Of a stretch of DNA of 64,000 nucleotides, positions 10,365 through 20,509 are shown piece by piece. The translations under genes and the position numbers were made by a program. Positions within the stretch are counted from its first letter, which is position 1, and the number at the start of each line of letters is the position of its first letter. This DNA is from an uncultured Bartonella sp. (GTDB lineage Bacteria; Pseudomonadota; Alphaproteobacteria; Rhizobiales; Rhizobiaceae), in NCBI RefSeq assembly GCF_946479275.1, contig NZ_CAMLFE010000002.1:222482-286481 (forward strand), read 5' to 3'. The notes under the pieces are model-generated. The model worked only from the letters and a program-made list of their open reading frames with translations, did no database searches and was not told the DNA's origin.

Positions 10365-11497
10365 TTTGATAAATTCTTTTTCCCAGTATTGTCCAAAACG
10401 TGGTTCTTTGCATTTTCACGAGCATCCCGATCATAAGCTGTAACGATAGCCGTTACCAAAGGATGGCGCACAACATCCTTTTGGCTAAAGTGCACTGTTA
10501 CGATGTTATCAATGGAACCGAGAATCCGCATTGCTTCGGTCAATCCCGATTTTTGTCCGAATGGCAAATCGATCTGGCTCGGATCTCCGGTTACAATCAT
10601 TCGCGATCCTTCTCCGAGGCGGGTTAAAAACATTTTCATCTGCATGGATGTTGTATTTTGCGCTTCATCAAGAATCACAGCTGAATGTGCAAGCGTGCGC
10701 CCGCGCATAAAGGCAAGTGGCGCTATCTCTATAATATCGGCAGCCATAGCGCGTTCGATCTTTTCTGCCGGCATCATATCATAAAGTGCATCGTAAAGAG
10801 GCCGCAAATAAGGATCGACTTTTTCCTTCATGTCGCCGGGTAAAAAACCTAATCTTTCACCGGCCTCGACTGCCGGACGGGAAAGAATAATACGTTCAAC
10901 CAGCCCCCGCTCGAGAAGCATTGCTGCGTGGGCAACGGCAAGATAGGTTTTGCCTGTTCCCGCAGGTCCCACACCGAAAACCAGTTCGGCACGTTGCAAC
11001 GCACGCATATAAGCGTCTTGCGTAGGTGTACGGGCATAGATTGTTTTCTTGCGTGTAGAAATATGGGCTGGCGTTACGTTTGATAAAACCTTGTCAATGC
11101 TTTTGCGATCAGCTCTGTCGTCTGATGTTGCAGCAAGGGCTATCGCGCCGTCAACATCGGGCAACCCCGGTTGCAAACCGGTTTTGGCAAGTTCATAAAG
11201 TTGATCAAGGGCCTGGCGAGCCACTTCTATATCCTGTTTGTTCCCACTAATTGACACTTCATTTCCCTGTGCGCGGATATCAAGCCCCAACTTTTGCTCA
11301 ATGCGAGCCAGATTTTCGTCAAATTGGCCGAAAACGACATTTGCTTGTCGATTATCCTCGAAAACAAGTACGACATGATCCGTATCGGATGCACTTGTTT
11401 TAACAGTGGCACCAACAGTTTGCACTTTACCGGATTTTTTTAACTTTCCGGTTCCTTCGATCTTCAATGCTTTCTTTGTTCCGGTTGAATCGTTCAA
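10361..11497 (-). CDS. phoH: PhoH-family ATPase (YbeZ-like) with N-terminal extension
   Basis: 378-aa ORF with Walker A GVGPAGTGKTYLAV, ILSRPAVEAGERLGFLPGD and DEAQNTT. Confidence 0.9.
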   Translation of the reverse strand: MNDSTGTKKALKIEGTGKLKKSGKVQTVGATVKTSASDTDHVVLVFEDNRQANVVFGQFDENLARIEQKLGLDIRAQGNEVSISGNKQDIEVARQALDQLYELAKTGLQPGLPDVDGAIALAATSDDRADRKSIDKVLSNVTPAHISTRKKTIYARTPTQDAYMRALQRAELVFGVGPAGTGKTYLAVAHAAMLLERGLVERIILSRPAVEAGERLGFLPGDMKEKVDPYLRPLYDALYDMMPAEKIERAMAADIIEIAPLAFMRGRTLAHSAVILDEAQNTTSMQMKMFLTRLGEGSRMIVTGDPSQIDLPFGQKSGLTEAMRILGSIDNIVTVHFSQKDVVRHPLVTAIVTAYDRDARENAKNHVLDNTGKKNLSK

Positions 11498-11598
11498 CCC
11501 TATCTCCTCAAAAAACCGTTTCTGTCAGCAATATATGGACTAAAAAACAAAAGAAAACCCGCTTTGATGACAAGCGTTCCGATCGAAAAACATTATCG

Positions 11599-12963
11599 TC
11601 AGTTTACCGCATTGCCAAAAAGGCTGTTCGGAAGAGCTTCAGTGATATCAACCGGAATAATTTCGCCAATTTTCGCATTTGTCGAAACAACGACAGGTAA
11701 CAACCACGGCGAACGGCCAACCATTTGCCCCTCATGCCGGCCTGCCTTTTCAACAAGCACTTCAACACGTTCACCGATTTTCGACTTTAAAAATCGGTGC
11801 TGCTGATCAAGAATGAGAGTTTGCAAGCGTTGCAGGCGCTCGTCCTTAACACTTTCATCAACATGGTTTTTCATCGTTGCCCCCGGTGTTCCAGGGCGTG
11901 GAGAATATTTGAACGAATAGGCGGAGCTATAGCCGACTTCTTCAACAAGCTTCATTGTGGCTTCGAAATCTTCATCCGTTTCCCCCGGAAAGCCGACGAT
12001 AAAATCTCCCGAAAAGGCAATATCGGGACGTGCTTTACGAATACGTTCGATCAGTTTCAGGTAATCAGCGGCTTTATGCTGGCGGTTCATAGCTTTGAGA
12101 ATGCGGTCGGAACCGGATTGTACGGGAAGATGCAGATAAGGCATCAACATTTCAAGATTACCATGAGCTGCGATAAGGCTGTCGTCCATATCGCGCGGAT
12201 GACTTGTCGTATAACGTAACCGTTTCAAACCATCGATCTTCGCAAGTTCGTAAAGAAGATTGCCCAACCGCCAATGGCTCCCATCTTGCGAAACACCATG
12301 CCAACCATTGACATTCTGGCCAAGCAAAGTGATCTCTTTTACGCCTGCGTCAACAAGTTCGCGTGCTTCATTGATTATCTGGTCGACCGGTCGCGACACT
12401 TCAGAACCGCGGGTATAGGGCACAACGCAAAATGTGCAGAATTTATCGCACCCTTCCTGAACAGTCAGAAACGCCGTAACACCGCGTTTTTTCACAGCCT
12501 GACGGTTATGATGCGGAAGATGGGCAAATTTATCTTCAACGGCGTATTCGGTTTCAACAATCTTTTTGCCCTTGTGCACCTTGCGCAACAGTTCGGGCAG
12601 ACGATGATAGGTTTGTGGTCCAACCACAAGATCAACTGCCGGGGCGCGCCTTAGAATTTCTTCTCCCTCGGCTTGGGCAACACACCCCGTCACACCTATC
12701 GTCAACGGCTTTGAAGGATTGCGTTCCTCGCGCATAACGCGCAAGCGTCCCAAATCGGAATAAAGCTTTTCGGCAGCTTTTTCACGAATATGGCAGGTAT
12801 TGAGCAATATAAGATCCGCATCGTCGGGAGATTGCGTTGCAACATAACCTTCTGCGTCAAGGCTATCAGCCATGCGTTCGCTATCGTAGACATTCATCTG
12901 GCAGCCATAGGTTTTGATATAAACCTTGCGGGAATTGCTGTTTTTTTGTTTTGCTTCACTCAT
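11599..12963 (-). CDS. miaB: tRNA-i6A37 methylthiotransferase
   Basis: 454-aa ORF with the UPF0004 N-domain ([13 protein letters not shown]), the radical-SAM motif [15 protein letters not shown] and a TRAM C-terminus. Confidence 0.95.
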   Translation of the reverse strand: MSEAKQKNSNSRKVYIKTYGCQMNVYDSERMADSLDAEGYVATQSPDDADLILLNTCHIREKAAEKLYSDLGRLRVMREERNPSKPLTIGVTGCVAQAEGEEILRRAPAVDLVVGPQTYHRLPELLRKVHKGKKIVETEYAVEDKFAHLPHHNRQAVKKRGVTAFLTVQEGCDKFCTFCVVPYTRGSEVSRPVDQIINEARELVDAGVKEITLLGQNVNGWHGVSQDGSHWRLGNLLYELAKIDGLKRLRYTTSHPRDMDDSLIAAHGNLEMLMPYLHLPVQSGSDRILKAMNRQHKAADYLKLIERIRKARPDIAFSGDFIVGFPGETDEDFEATMKLVEEVGYSSAYSFKYSPRPGTPGATMKNHVDESVKDERLQRLQTLILDQQHRFLKSKIGERVEVLVEKAGRHEGQMVGRSPWLLPVVVSTNAKIGEIIPVDITEALPNSLFGNAVN

Positions 12964-12994
12964 AACGCATATTTATCCGGTTTTCGGGGAAATC

Positions 12995-13486
12995 TCAATC
13001 GTCTTGCTGAATGGTTCTACGCATGATCAAGGCATCACTGTGGCCTTTTCCGGTTTGATAATATCCTGGCCTGCGGCCGACTTCATCAAAACCGGAACTT
13101 TTATAGAGAGCAAGCGCTGCTTTATTGTTCTCGTCAACTTCAAGAAAAAGTTGTTTTGCCCGCTCCTGATAAAGATACCTGAAAACGGCATCCATAAGTG
13201 TTCGTCCGATACCTTTCGACCGATAACGGGGATGCACGGCAATTGTGATAATTTCTGCTTCGTCAATGACCAGCCTACAAAGAATAAAGCCCAAAACTTT
13301 TTCGGGTTTACCCATCACGCTCACAGTAAAACCGAACATTTTTGGATCAGTCAAAAAAGAAGTAAAAGTTTCTTCGTCCCATGCATGATAAAATGATTTT
13401 CTATGTATTTCGTGTAGAACGTCACTATCATCCGATGTGATAGGAGCAACGGTAAATCGGGATTTTGAAAAAGGAAAACTTATCAT
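12995..13486 (-). CDS. rimI: GNAT N-acetyltransferase, ribosomal-protein-alanine acetyltransferase type
   Basis: 163-aa ORF with the GNAT motif ITIAVHPRYRSKGIGRTLM. It overlaps tsaB by 4 nt, the usual tsaB-rimI pairing. Confidence 0.82.
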   Translation of the reverse strand: MISFPFSKSRFTVAPITSDDSDVLHEIHRKSFYHAWDEETFTSFLTDPKMFGFTVSVMGKPEKVLGFILCRLVIDEAEIITIAVHPRYRSKGIGRTLMDAVFRYLYQERAKQLFLEVDENNKAALALYKSSGFDEVGRRPGYYQTGKGHSDALIMRRTIQQDD

Positions 13487-14151
13487 TCCTTTTTCCTGGG
13501 GAGAGAGAAGCCCATTTGCGGTTTTGCATCCGCTTCGCGCAAATAAAGCGGCTTCGGCGCACCTTCCGACTTTTTTAACTGCGAAAGGATTGCAAAACTT
13601 ATAACATCAGGTGCAGCAATGGAAAAAATTTGATCTTTTGCTATACCTGCAGAATGACCGATCGTCTCGGCAAATGGGCCTGCAATGATAGCCTTATTAT
13701 CAAGGGATGCTACAACGCTTTTGCAAGCCTTTACCTCGGGCGGGATAAGTTGTTCGCCCCTGTCATCAAAATCTTGCCGGTAGACCATGTCACGACCGGC
13801 ATCAATGACTGCTATCACATGGCGATCAGGAAAGTGCTTAAGGGCTTCGAAATCGATCGCTTCAAGCGAGCTCACACCAATTGCAGGTTTTTTAAGGGCT
13901 AAAGCCAGACCTCGTGCTGTTGCTACACCGATACGAACGCCGGTAAATGACCCCGGACCGACATTCACAGCAATGCGGTCAACTTTGTCTAGGTCAAGCG
14001 CTGACATATTTTTCACCGCAATGATTTGGTCAATGAGCTTCTCAGCGTGTCCTTTTCCGATATTTTCGCTTATACGCGCCAGAACACGACTGTCGTTGAT
14101 TAACGCAACGGCACAATTTGAAGAAGCTGTATCTAATGCTAATGTAATCAT
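13483..14151 (-). CDS. tsaB: tRNA t6A37 threonylcarbamoyl-transfer protein TsaB
   Basis: 222-aa ORF. MITLALDTASSNCAVAL...VNVGPGSFTGVRIGVATARGLA is the TsaB/YeaZ signature. Confidence 0.9.
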   Translation of the reverse strand: MITLALDTASSNCAVALINDSRVLARISENIGKGHAEKLIDQIIAVKNMSALDLDKVDRIAVNVGPGSFTGVRIGVATARGLALALKKPAIGVSSLEAIDFEALKHFPDRHVIAVIDAGRDMVYRQDFDDRGEQLIPPEVKACKSVVASLDNKAIIAGPFAETIGHSAGIAKDQIFSIAAPDVISFAILSQLKKSEGAPKPLYLREADAKPQMGFSLPRKKE

Positions 14152-15057
14152 TTAATGTCTATTAAATCATTGTTCAATGAAACAAAAGAACAGAGAGATT
14201 GAATTTGGCACATTTTTCAACCTTTAGCGCACATGGCATTGCTGGCTCTCCTGTAGAAATCGCAACTCACCATTAAGACCTCTGGCGATTTTGAAACCAA
14301 AGTTATGAGTTGCTACGATAGAAGGTAACAAACGTTCAATTCCCAGTCATTTAGGTCTATATAATTTTTTTGTTTTTCGTCGCGGCTTTTGCGTTTAAAA
14401 AAATCGGACTGTCTCATTTCTAAGACTCCCCGTCATCATTCTTTATGAAATATTAAAACAGGTGAAACGGGGACATGTAAATATTATGTGTTGAATAATA
14501 AAATATTATGAACATTTTATGTCTGCGACTGTTTTTAGCTTAAAATTAGAAAAATAATTACCGTTCTTATCTTCATTCTATCGGAACTCGACCGTGATCA
14601 ATTATCAATCTCATAAAGAGTGTTTGATCCAAAGATACGAGTTTTCGTCAACTAAAAATCTTACCTATTAACATTTTTAGTTTTAATTTTCTTATGATAA
14701 TGTATAAATTAAAATAAATATAAAAATTTATTATATTTTATATAACATATATATTTATTATGTAAAATTTGTATAATTCTAAAAAATATAAACATTTTAG
14801 ATTGATTCTAAAAAACTCTAACAAAAAAATCCTTTATAAAATTTGTTTATATGTTTGATAATAGAAATATATCAATCATATGGACGGCAACTATTTTATT
14901 TTTTCGATTGGAATATTGTTTAAAAGGTGTATTCTATATTTGCATCACCGCACTGCCTTTGAGAATGCTTGACAAGGGTAGAAATTCCAAGCGGAACTTT
15001 TTAGCGTTTGGTGCGTTTAATATTACGCAATTCAAATCAAGCGGAGATTAAGACAAT

Positions 15058-15546
15058 ATGTTAAAAACTCATAAAACTCGTAATGACATGCCGTCAAACA
15101 CAAAGACAACTGCAATTGCCTTGTTGAACAAAAACCTGGCAACATTGATTGATTTGGCACTTATCACAAAGCAGGCACACTGGAACTTGAAGGGTTCCAA
15201 TTTTATCGGTGTTCACGAAATGCTGGACGGTTTTAGGGATGCGATTGATGAACATGTCGACATCATTGCCGAACGTGTTGCGCAACTCGGTGGTACAGCG
15301 CTGGGAACCGTTCAAGCTGTTGCCGGTACCTCAAAATTGAAGGCTTATCCGACAGATATTTACAAAGTACACGACCATCTTAACGCATTGATCGAACGTT
15401 ATGGCGACGCTGCCAATGATATGCGTAAAGCTATCGACGAGGCTGATGAAGCCGGAGATGCAGATACGGCTGATATTTTCACTGCCGCATCCCGTGAACT
15501 CGACAAGAGCCTGTGGTTTCTTGAATCGCATGTTCAGGAAGCCTGA
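15058..15546 (+). CDS. dps: DNA starvation/stationary-phase protection protein Dps
   Basis: 162-aa ORF with the ferritin-like Dps motif [19 protein letters not shown]...[17 protein letters not shown] Shine-Dalgarno lies 9 nt before the ATG. Confidence 0.93.
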   Translation: MLKTHKTRNDMPSNTKTTAIALLNKNLATLIDLALITKQAHWNLKGSNFIGVHEMLDGFRDAIDEHVDIIAERVAQLGGTALGTVQAVAGTSKLKAYPTDIYKVHDHLNALIERYGDAANDMRKAIDEADEAGDADTADIFTAASRELDKSLWFLESHVQEA

Positions 15547-15586
15547 TCGAGCCGCTCTAATGTGGCATAGCAGATCTCTTAATATA

Positions 15587-15616
15587 GGAAGCAGCACTGT
15601 TGCTTCCTTTTTATTT
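15587..15616 (+). terminator. Intrinsic terminator of dps
   Basis: GGAAGCA-GCACTGT-TGCTTCC followed by TTTTTATTT, 40 nt after the dps stop. Confidence 0.65.
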
Positions 15617-16379
15617 GCCAAGTTTCCGCGGTAAAATCGGTGAGTTGCTGGAGTTCGACCACTGGTCAACCGAATTCGGAAGTGTAATTCTTGCACAAAC
15701 TGTAACTAATAAAATATCAATATTTGTAGAAGAATTTGAAAGCGGACTTTGTTGACGCCGAAAGCAGCAGGCTGCGATGAAAACGAAACATTATTCGCGC
15801 GACCTTTGGCCTTCCGTTCTGCCAATGCATAATTTTTCATCTAGCGATGTTTTTGTCGGTTGATCGTTATATCATTGAACAAACGTGGATAACTGTCGAA
15901 GTAGATGCACGTGCTTTATAGACTCCCCGAATTGATGTTCACCCAAAACAATGACAACATATATTTAGAGACGCATAATAGATATTCGCCGATGATCTCC
16001 CCTCCAAATCGGCAAGCACAGAATACATTCCCTACAAATGAGCGCTCCAATCCACCGAAGGTATTTGTCTAAGTCCGTTGGCTACGGTTCCTCCAAATTG
16101 CTACCCATTTGGATTGTCATGGATGTTTTGAAAATTTTTTTAATTCTTTGCGCCCCACGGACGTTCAAGACGCAAGCATATTTGAATATTTGTTACTCAC
16201 ATTCATTGTTAAATTGACAACCGTCAAAATTGATAAAGAGCCATCAGGCCTCGACACCGGGTATATACTCCCCCGAGATTATAGAAGATGCGCACTGTTG
16301 GATGTCTCTTCCCAACCGGAACATTGCCGAATTGGCGTATGTTTGTATTGGTACGGACGCGTTGAATTTTTCTCCTAAA

Positions 16380-16930
16380 TCAATCTACCTTTGTCAAAGA
16401 TTCGAGCAGCTTAGGGTGCTCTCTCTTCGCGAGTGATATTCGCTCAATATCCTCCATTGGATAGGGTAGGGACGGAGCTAAATCGTTCCCCCACGAAAAA
16501 TCCCTAGATGCTCGAGTTTCCGAATACTTATTATTTGCATATGCTTCTAAGTTGACGGACGTAAAAATTGAAAAGCCCACATCAGGTTTTTTTGTGAACT
16601 TATACGTCTGTGATACATTGAAGCGTGCATTATCAAATGCCCTCCGCAATTGACACATCACCTTGTGGGCGCCCTTAAAGCTGTTGACGCAGACCCAATC
16701 GCGGTCGTCACTAACGCTGATGTGGCAACTGAATGCCTTCAAAGTCGGCTTGGATGCTTAGAGCTCGTTCGACAATCTCCGGAATTAATTTTGCTACAGG
16801 AAACTGTTTCTGAGTATTTATTATCTTGCAGGCGCCGTTTTCTAACACCCAAATGTTGCGCCATTGTTTCGCCCATTATCCGGCGCCGCCCCGATAAATC
16901 ACCTGTGAAAGCCAGCCTCGTTTGTAAAAT
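16380..16930 (-). pseudogene. Candidate frame-shifted gene remnant: HTH-like N-terminal fragment abutting a 120-codon orphan ORF
   Basis: One minus-strand frame (about 16739-16930) reads ...AFTGDLSGRRRIMGETMAQHLGVRKRRLQDNKYSETV..., with XRE-like HTH spacing. It stops at 16739-16741. The 120-codon ORF 16380..16742 opens in an adjacent frame with only a TTG start, and the two open frames overlap by about 20 nt. I recognise no family for the 120-aa part. Confidence 0.25.
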
Positions 16931-17242
16931 CTTCTATTTCGTTTTCGAGCGATGTCATGAGTTATTGAGTGTTTACGTCTTTGAGACGCCATTGTCGTTT
17001 TTGCGCGTCGATCACTTGCAGCATGTTCTATAAATCAAAACCACTTGAGAAACGACCAATTTCTCAAAAGCTTGCGTTTACGAAGAGCGTATAACTGTGA
17101 ATGACGGTCAGAATTTTCCCACAACGAATAGCCCGTGGCGACAATATATCAGTCAGAAATCGCCCAAATTTTGAATACTCGCAAACCTTGCAGTTCCCTT
17201 CTGGCGCTAGATCAGTTGCGAGGAATATTAGGAACTTTTGAT

Positions 17243-17270
17243 AAAAAAAAGCCCCGCTTAAGAGCGGGGC
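17243..17270 (-). terminator. Intrinsic terminator of the cyo operon
   Basis: The minus-strand RNA reads GCCCCGCU-CUUA-AGCGGGGC followed by UUUUUUUU. It begins 34 nt after the cyoD stop. Confidence 0.8.
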
Positions 17271-17303
17271 TTCATATCTCTATTGTTTCAGTGACAATAT
17301 TGA

Positions 17304-17741
17304 TTATTGAGCAGGTGTAGCTGGTGTTTCAGGTGCAGCTTCTGTTGAAGGTGCAACCGGACTACCACCCGGAACCTGATCGATAATAGCATCAGGCTGA
17401 ACGATACGGCCCGAACCGCCCATCATATTGTAGTTCAGGTGAGAAATTGCCCACCATGTACCACCAATAACGATGAATACGCAGAGAGCACCAAACCACA
17501 TTGAACCGACCATCCACTTCGCATCCGGACCTTCGTTGAGGTGGAGGAAGAAAACGATCTGGACGACTATCTGAATAAGAGCCATGCCAATGAGGTAAAT
17601 AACCTTGGTGCTGACCGCCCAATTATCAAGCATTCCTTGCATAACAGGAATGAATGAAGCGAGGGTCAATATAACAGCCAGGATAAATCCGACCATGTAT
17701 TTGCCGGTTGTTACACCGTGTGCTTCTTCATGTTCGCTCAT
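17304..17741 (-). CDS. cyoD: Cytochrome bo3 ubiquinol oxidase subunit IV
   Basis: 145-aa ORF with three TM segments and the CyoD-like ending ...WWAISHLNYNMM. About 38 extra C-terminal residues follow. It lies last in the cyoABCD order. Confidence 0.85.
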   Translation of the reverse strand: MSEHEEAHGVTTGKYMVGFILAVILTLASFIPVMQGMLDNWAVSTKVIYLIGMALIQIVVQIVFFLHLNEGPDAKWMVGSMWFGALCVFIVIGGTWWAISHLNYNMMGGSGRIVQPDAIIDQVPGGSPVAPSTEAAPETPATPAQ

Positions 17742-18415
17742 TATAGTGCTCCCAAAAGATAGACGGCGGTGAAGACACCAACCCAGATAATGTCAAGGAA
17801 GTGCCAGAAGATAGAAAGACAGGACAAGCGAGTCTTGTTATCTTTATCCAAACCGTGACGGCCAAGATGCGCAAACATCAATGCCATCCAGATTAAACCG
17901 GTTGTAACGTGAATACCGTGTGTGCCAACCAGCATGAAGAATGACGACCAATAAGCCGACAGAACTTCTTTACCGAATACGCGAACTCCGGTTTCAGGAT
18001 CAACACCCGCATAAGCATTCGGATCAAAGAAGAAAACATTTTCCTTCCCGAAGAGAAGCTCATGGAATTCATTCAATTCCATTCCAATGAATGCGAGGCC
18101 AAGAATGAAAGTAATAGCAAGCCAGGTTTTTACCCCGCCGATATTACCATTACGAACCTGCACCATTGCCATGCCATAGGTGATTGACGAGAACAGCAGC
18201 AAAGCTGTTTCGCAAAGCACGTAATTGAGGCTGATAAAATCCTTACCGGCAGGGCCGCCACCGTAAGCGGAGGCGAACACTGCAAATGTAGCGAACAGAG
18301 TTGCGAAGATGATCAGGTCGGAAAGGATATAAACCCAGAACCCGAACACCATCGTCGAACTACCGTCGTGATGGTTTTCCGCTTGAGCGGTTGTCACTGT
18401 TGCTGTAGCGCTCAT
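17741..18415 (-). CDS. cyoC: Cytochrome bo3 ubiquinol oxidase subunit III
   Basis: 224-aa ORF, polytopic and COX3-like (FWHFLDIIWVGVFTAVYL). Confidence 0.93.
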   Translation of the reverse strand: MSATATVTTAQAENHHDGSSTMVFGFWVYILSDLIIFATLFATFAVFASAYGGGPAGKDFISLNYVLCETALLLFSSITYGMAMVQVRNGNIGGVKTWLAITFILGLAFIGMELNEFHELLFGKENVFFFDPNAYAGVDPETGVRVFGKEVLSAYWSSFFMLVGTHGIHVTTGLIWMALMFAHLGRHGLDKDNKTRLSCLSIFWHFLDIIWVGVFTAVYLLGAL

Positions 18416-20430
18416 GCTTTTACTCCTTGTGCTTTGAGAACAGCGCTGAATTCGTCTTCAGTCTTCTGTACTTCTTCAGCCGAGATGTAATAGCCTGCAT
18501 GGTTTCCATTAAGCGAATGAAGCAGAATGGTTACAATGAAGCCAACGAACGTAATTACAGCCAGCCACCAGATGTGCCATACGAGAGAGAAACCAAGTAC
18601 CAACATCAACATGCCCGAAATAAAGCCTGCAATTGTGTTGGAGGGCATATGGATCTTCTCGAAGCCCGAGGTTTTACGATGCTCACCACGTTGTTTCATA
18701 TCCCAATAGGCATCGTCCGCTTGAACGACAGGGACAGTAGCAAAGTTGTAAGCAGGAGGCGGACAAGAAATTGACCATTCCAGTGTACGGGCATCGCCCC
18801 ACGGATCGTTCTGTGTGATCGGCAATTTGCCTTTATGCTTGATGCCATACCAGATGGCGATCAATACCTGCAGAACAAAGCACAGGATACCGAGAAGTAT
18901 GATAAATGCACCGACGGCTGCTGTAATAAACAAAGGCTGCCAGCTTGGTTCGACATAGTGCTGCAAACGACGTGTTGCACCCATCAAGCCAACTGCGTAG
19001 ATCGGGAAGAATGCTACGTAGAAACCGATGAACCAGCACCAGAATGATGCAATACCCAATGCGCGGTTCGGCTTTACGCCGAAAGCTTTCGGGAACCAGA
19101 ACGCCAATGCACCAAGGTAAGCAAACACAACACCACCGAGAATTGTGTGATGGAAGTGAGCAACCAGGAACAAGGAGTTGTGGAACTGCCAGTCCGCAGG
19201 AACGATCGAAAGCAGAACACCGGTAAGACCGCCACCAACAAAGGTGAACATCATACCCATGCACCACAACATCGGAGGTTCGAAACGGATGCGTCCTTTA
19301 TACATTGTGAAGAGCCAGTTGAAGACCTTAACACCGGTCGGGATAGCAATAATCATAGTTGCAGTACCGAAGAAGGTATTAACGGCTTCGCCGCCACCCA
19401 TTGTGAAGAAGTGGTGTCCCCAAACGATGATCGAAAGGATCAAGATAACAAGGACGGCCCAAACCATCGAGGTGTAACCGAAAAGGCGTTTTGACGAGAA
19501 TGTCGGGACGATTTCGGAAATAATACCGAAAGCAGGAACAACCAGAACGTAAACTTCCGGGTGACCGAAAATCCAAACATAGTTGATCCAGACCATCGGG
19601 TTACCACCGGCAGTATTGGTGAAGAAGTTCATATCAAGGTAACGATCGCCGGCAAGAAGTGCATAAGCAACTGTCAACGGCGGATAAATGATAAGGATAA
19701 GAACGTTCGAAACCAATGCGCACCAGCAGAATACCGGCATTTTCCACATTGTCATTCCCGGAGCGCGGCACTTGACAATGGTGGCAACAAAGTTAACAGC
19801 ACCCATTGTCGTCGCGATACCGGATAGCTGTAGTGACCACAAATAGTAGTCGACACCTGTATCCGGGCTATTCAACAATTCCGAGAACGGAGGATACATC
19901 AACCAGCCGCCGCGGCCGAAGTTACCGATACCGAGCGAAATGTTGATAAGAATTGCACCAGCGCATGTAATCCAGAAGCCAAGGTTGTTGGCAAATGGAA
20001 AGGCCACATCGCGAGCACCGAGTTGTAGCGGCAGAACATAGTTCAAAATACCGAACAATAGCGGCGTTGCCATGAAGAAAATCATGATTGTGCCGTGTGC
20101 CGAGAAAATCTGGTCAAAGTGATCAGGCGGCAGATAACCCGCATTCTCTGATCCAAGCGCGAACGCTTGGTGTGTACGCATCATGATAGCATCTGCAAAG
20201 CCACGAACAAGCATGACAATTGCAAGGACGATATACATAATGCCGACGCGCTTGTGATCAACAGACGTGATCCAATTGCGCCACAATATTCCCCACCAGC
20301 CGAGCAGCGTAATAGCGGCAAGAATAACGACGGCCAATGCAACTACGACAAGGCAGGTGTAAAGGACGATCGGTTCGGTCGTTAGCGCGTGAAACGCTCC
20401 GGCTACAGGGTCTGTAAGTCTTCCAAACAT
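18412..20430 (-). CDS. cyoB: Cytochrome bo3 ubiquinol oxidase subunit I
   Basis: 672-aa haem-copper oxidase subunit I with motifs HGTIMIFF, WIFGHPEVYVLVVPAFG and HHFFTMG. Confidence 0.96.
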   Translation of the reverse strand: MFGRLTDPVAGAFHALTTEPIVLYTCLVVVALAVVILAAITLLGWWGILWRNWITSVDHKRVGIMYIVLAIVMLVRGFADAIMMRTHQAFALGSENAGYLPPDHFDQIFSAHGTIMIFFMATPLLFGILNYVLPLQLGARDVAFPFANNLGFWITCAGAILINISLGIGNFGRGGWLMYPPFSELLNSPDTGVDYYLWSLQLSGIATTMGAVNFVATIVKCRAPGMTMWKMPVFCWCALVSNVLILIIYPPLTVAYALLAGDRYLDMNFFTNTAGGNPMVWINYVWIFGHPEVYVLVVPAFGIISEIVPTFSSKRLFGYTSMVWAVLVILILSIIVWGHHFFTMGGGEAVNTFFGTATMIIAIPTGVKVFNWLFTMYKGRIRFEPPMLWCMGMMFTFVGGGLTGVLLSIVPADWQFHNSLFLVAHFHHTILGGVVFAYLGALAFWFPKAFGVKPNRALGIASFWCWFIGFYVAFFPIYAVGLMGATRRLQHYVEPSWQPLFITAAVGAFIILLGILCFVLQVLIAIWYGIKHKGKLPITQNDPWGDARTLEWSISCPPPAYNFATVPVVQADDAYWDMKQRGEHRKTSGFEKIHMPSNTIAGFISGMLMLVLGFSLVWHIWWLAVITFVGFIVTILLHSLNGNHAGYYISAEEVQKTEDEFSAVLKAQGVKA

Positions 20431-20509
20431 TTTTCAACCCATATTAAATGAATTTCGGTTTGGAGGGGACATTGCCTTTAAAAGGCTAAAAGCCCCTTCC
20501 TTGATGATT

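Noticed and set aside
15639-15680. tRNA-like T-arm motif (GGAGTTCGACCACTGG) that might mark a tRNA fragment or att site next to dps.
   Set aside because: The putative T-stem pairs at only 3 of 5 positions. No acceptor stem or CCA context can be drawn, and no integrase is nearby.
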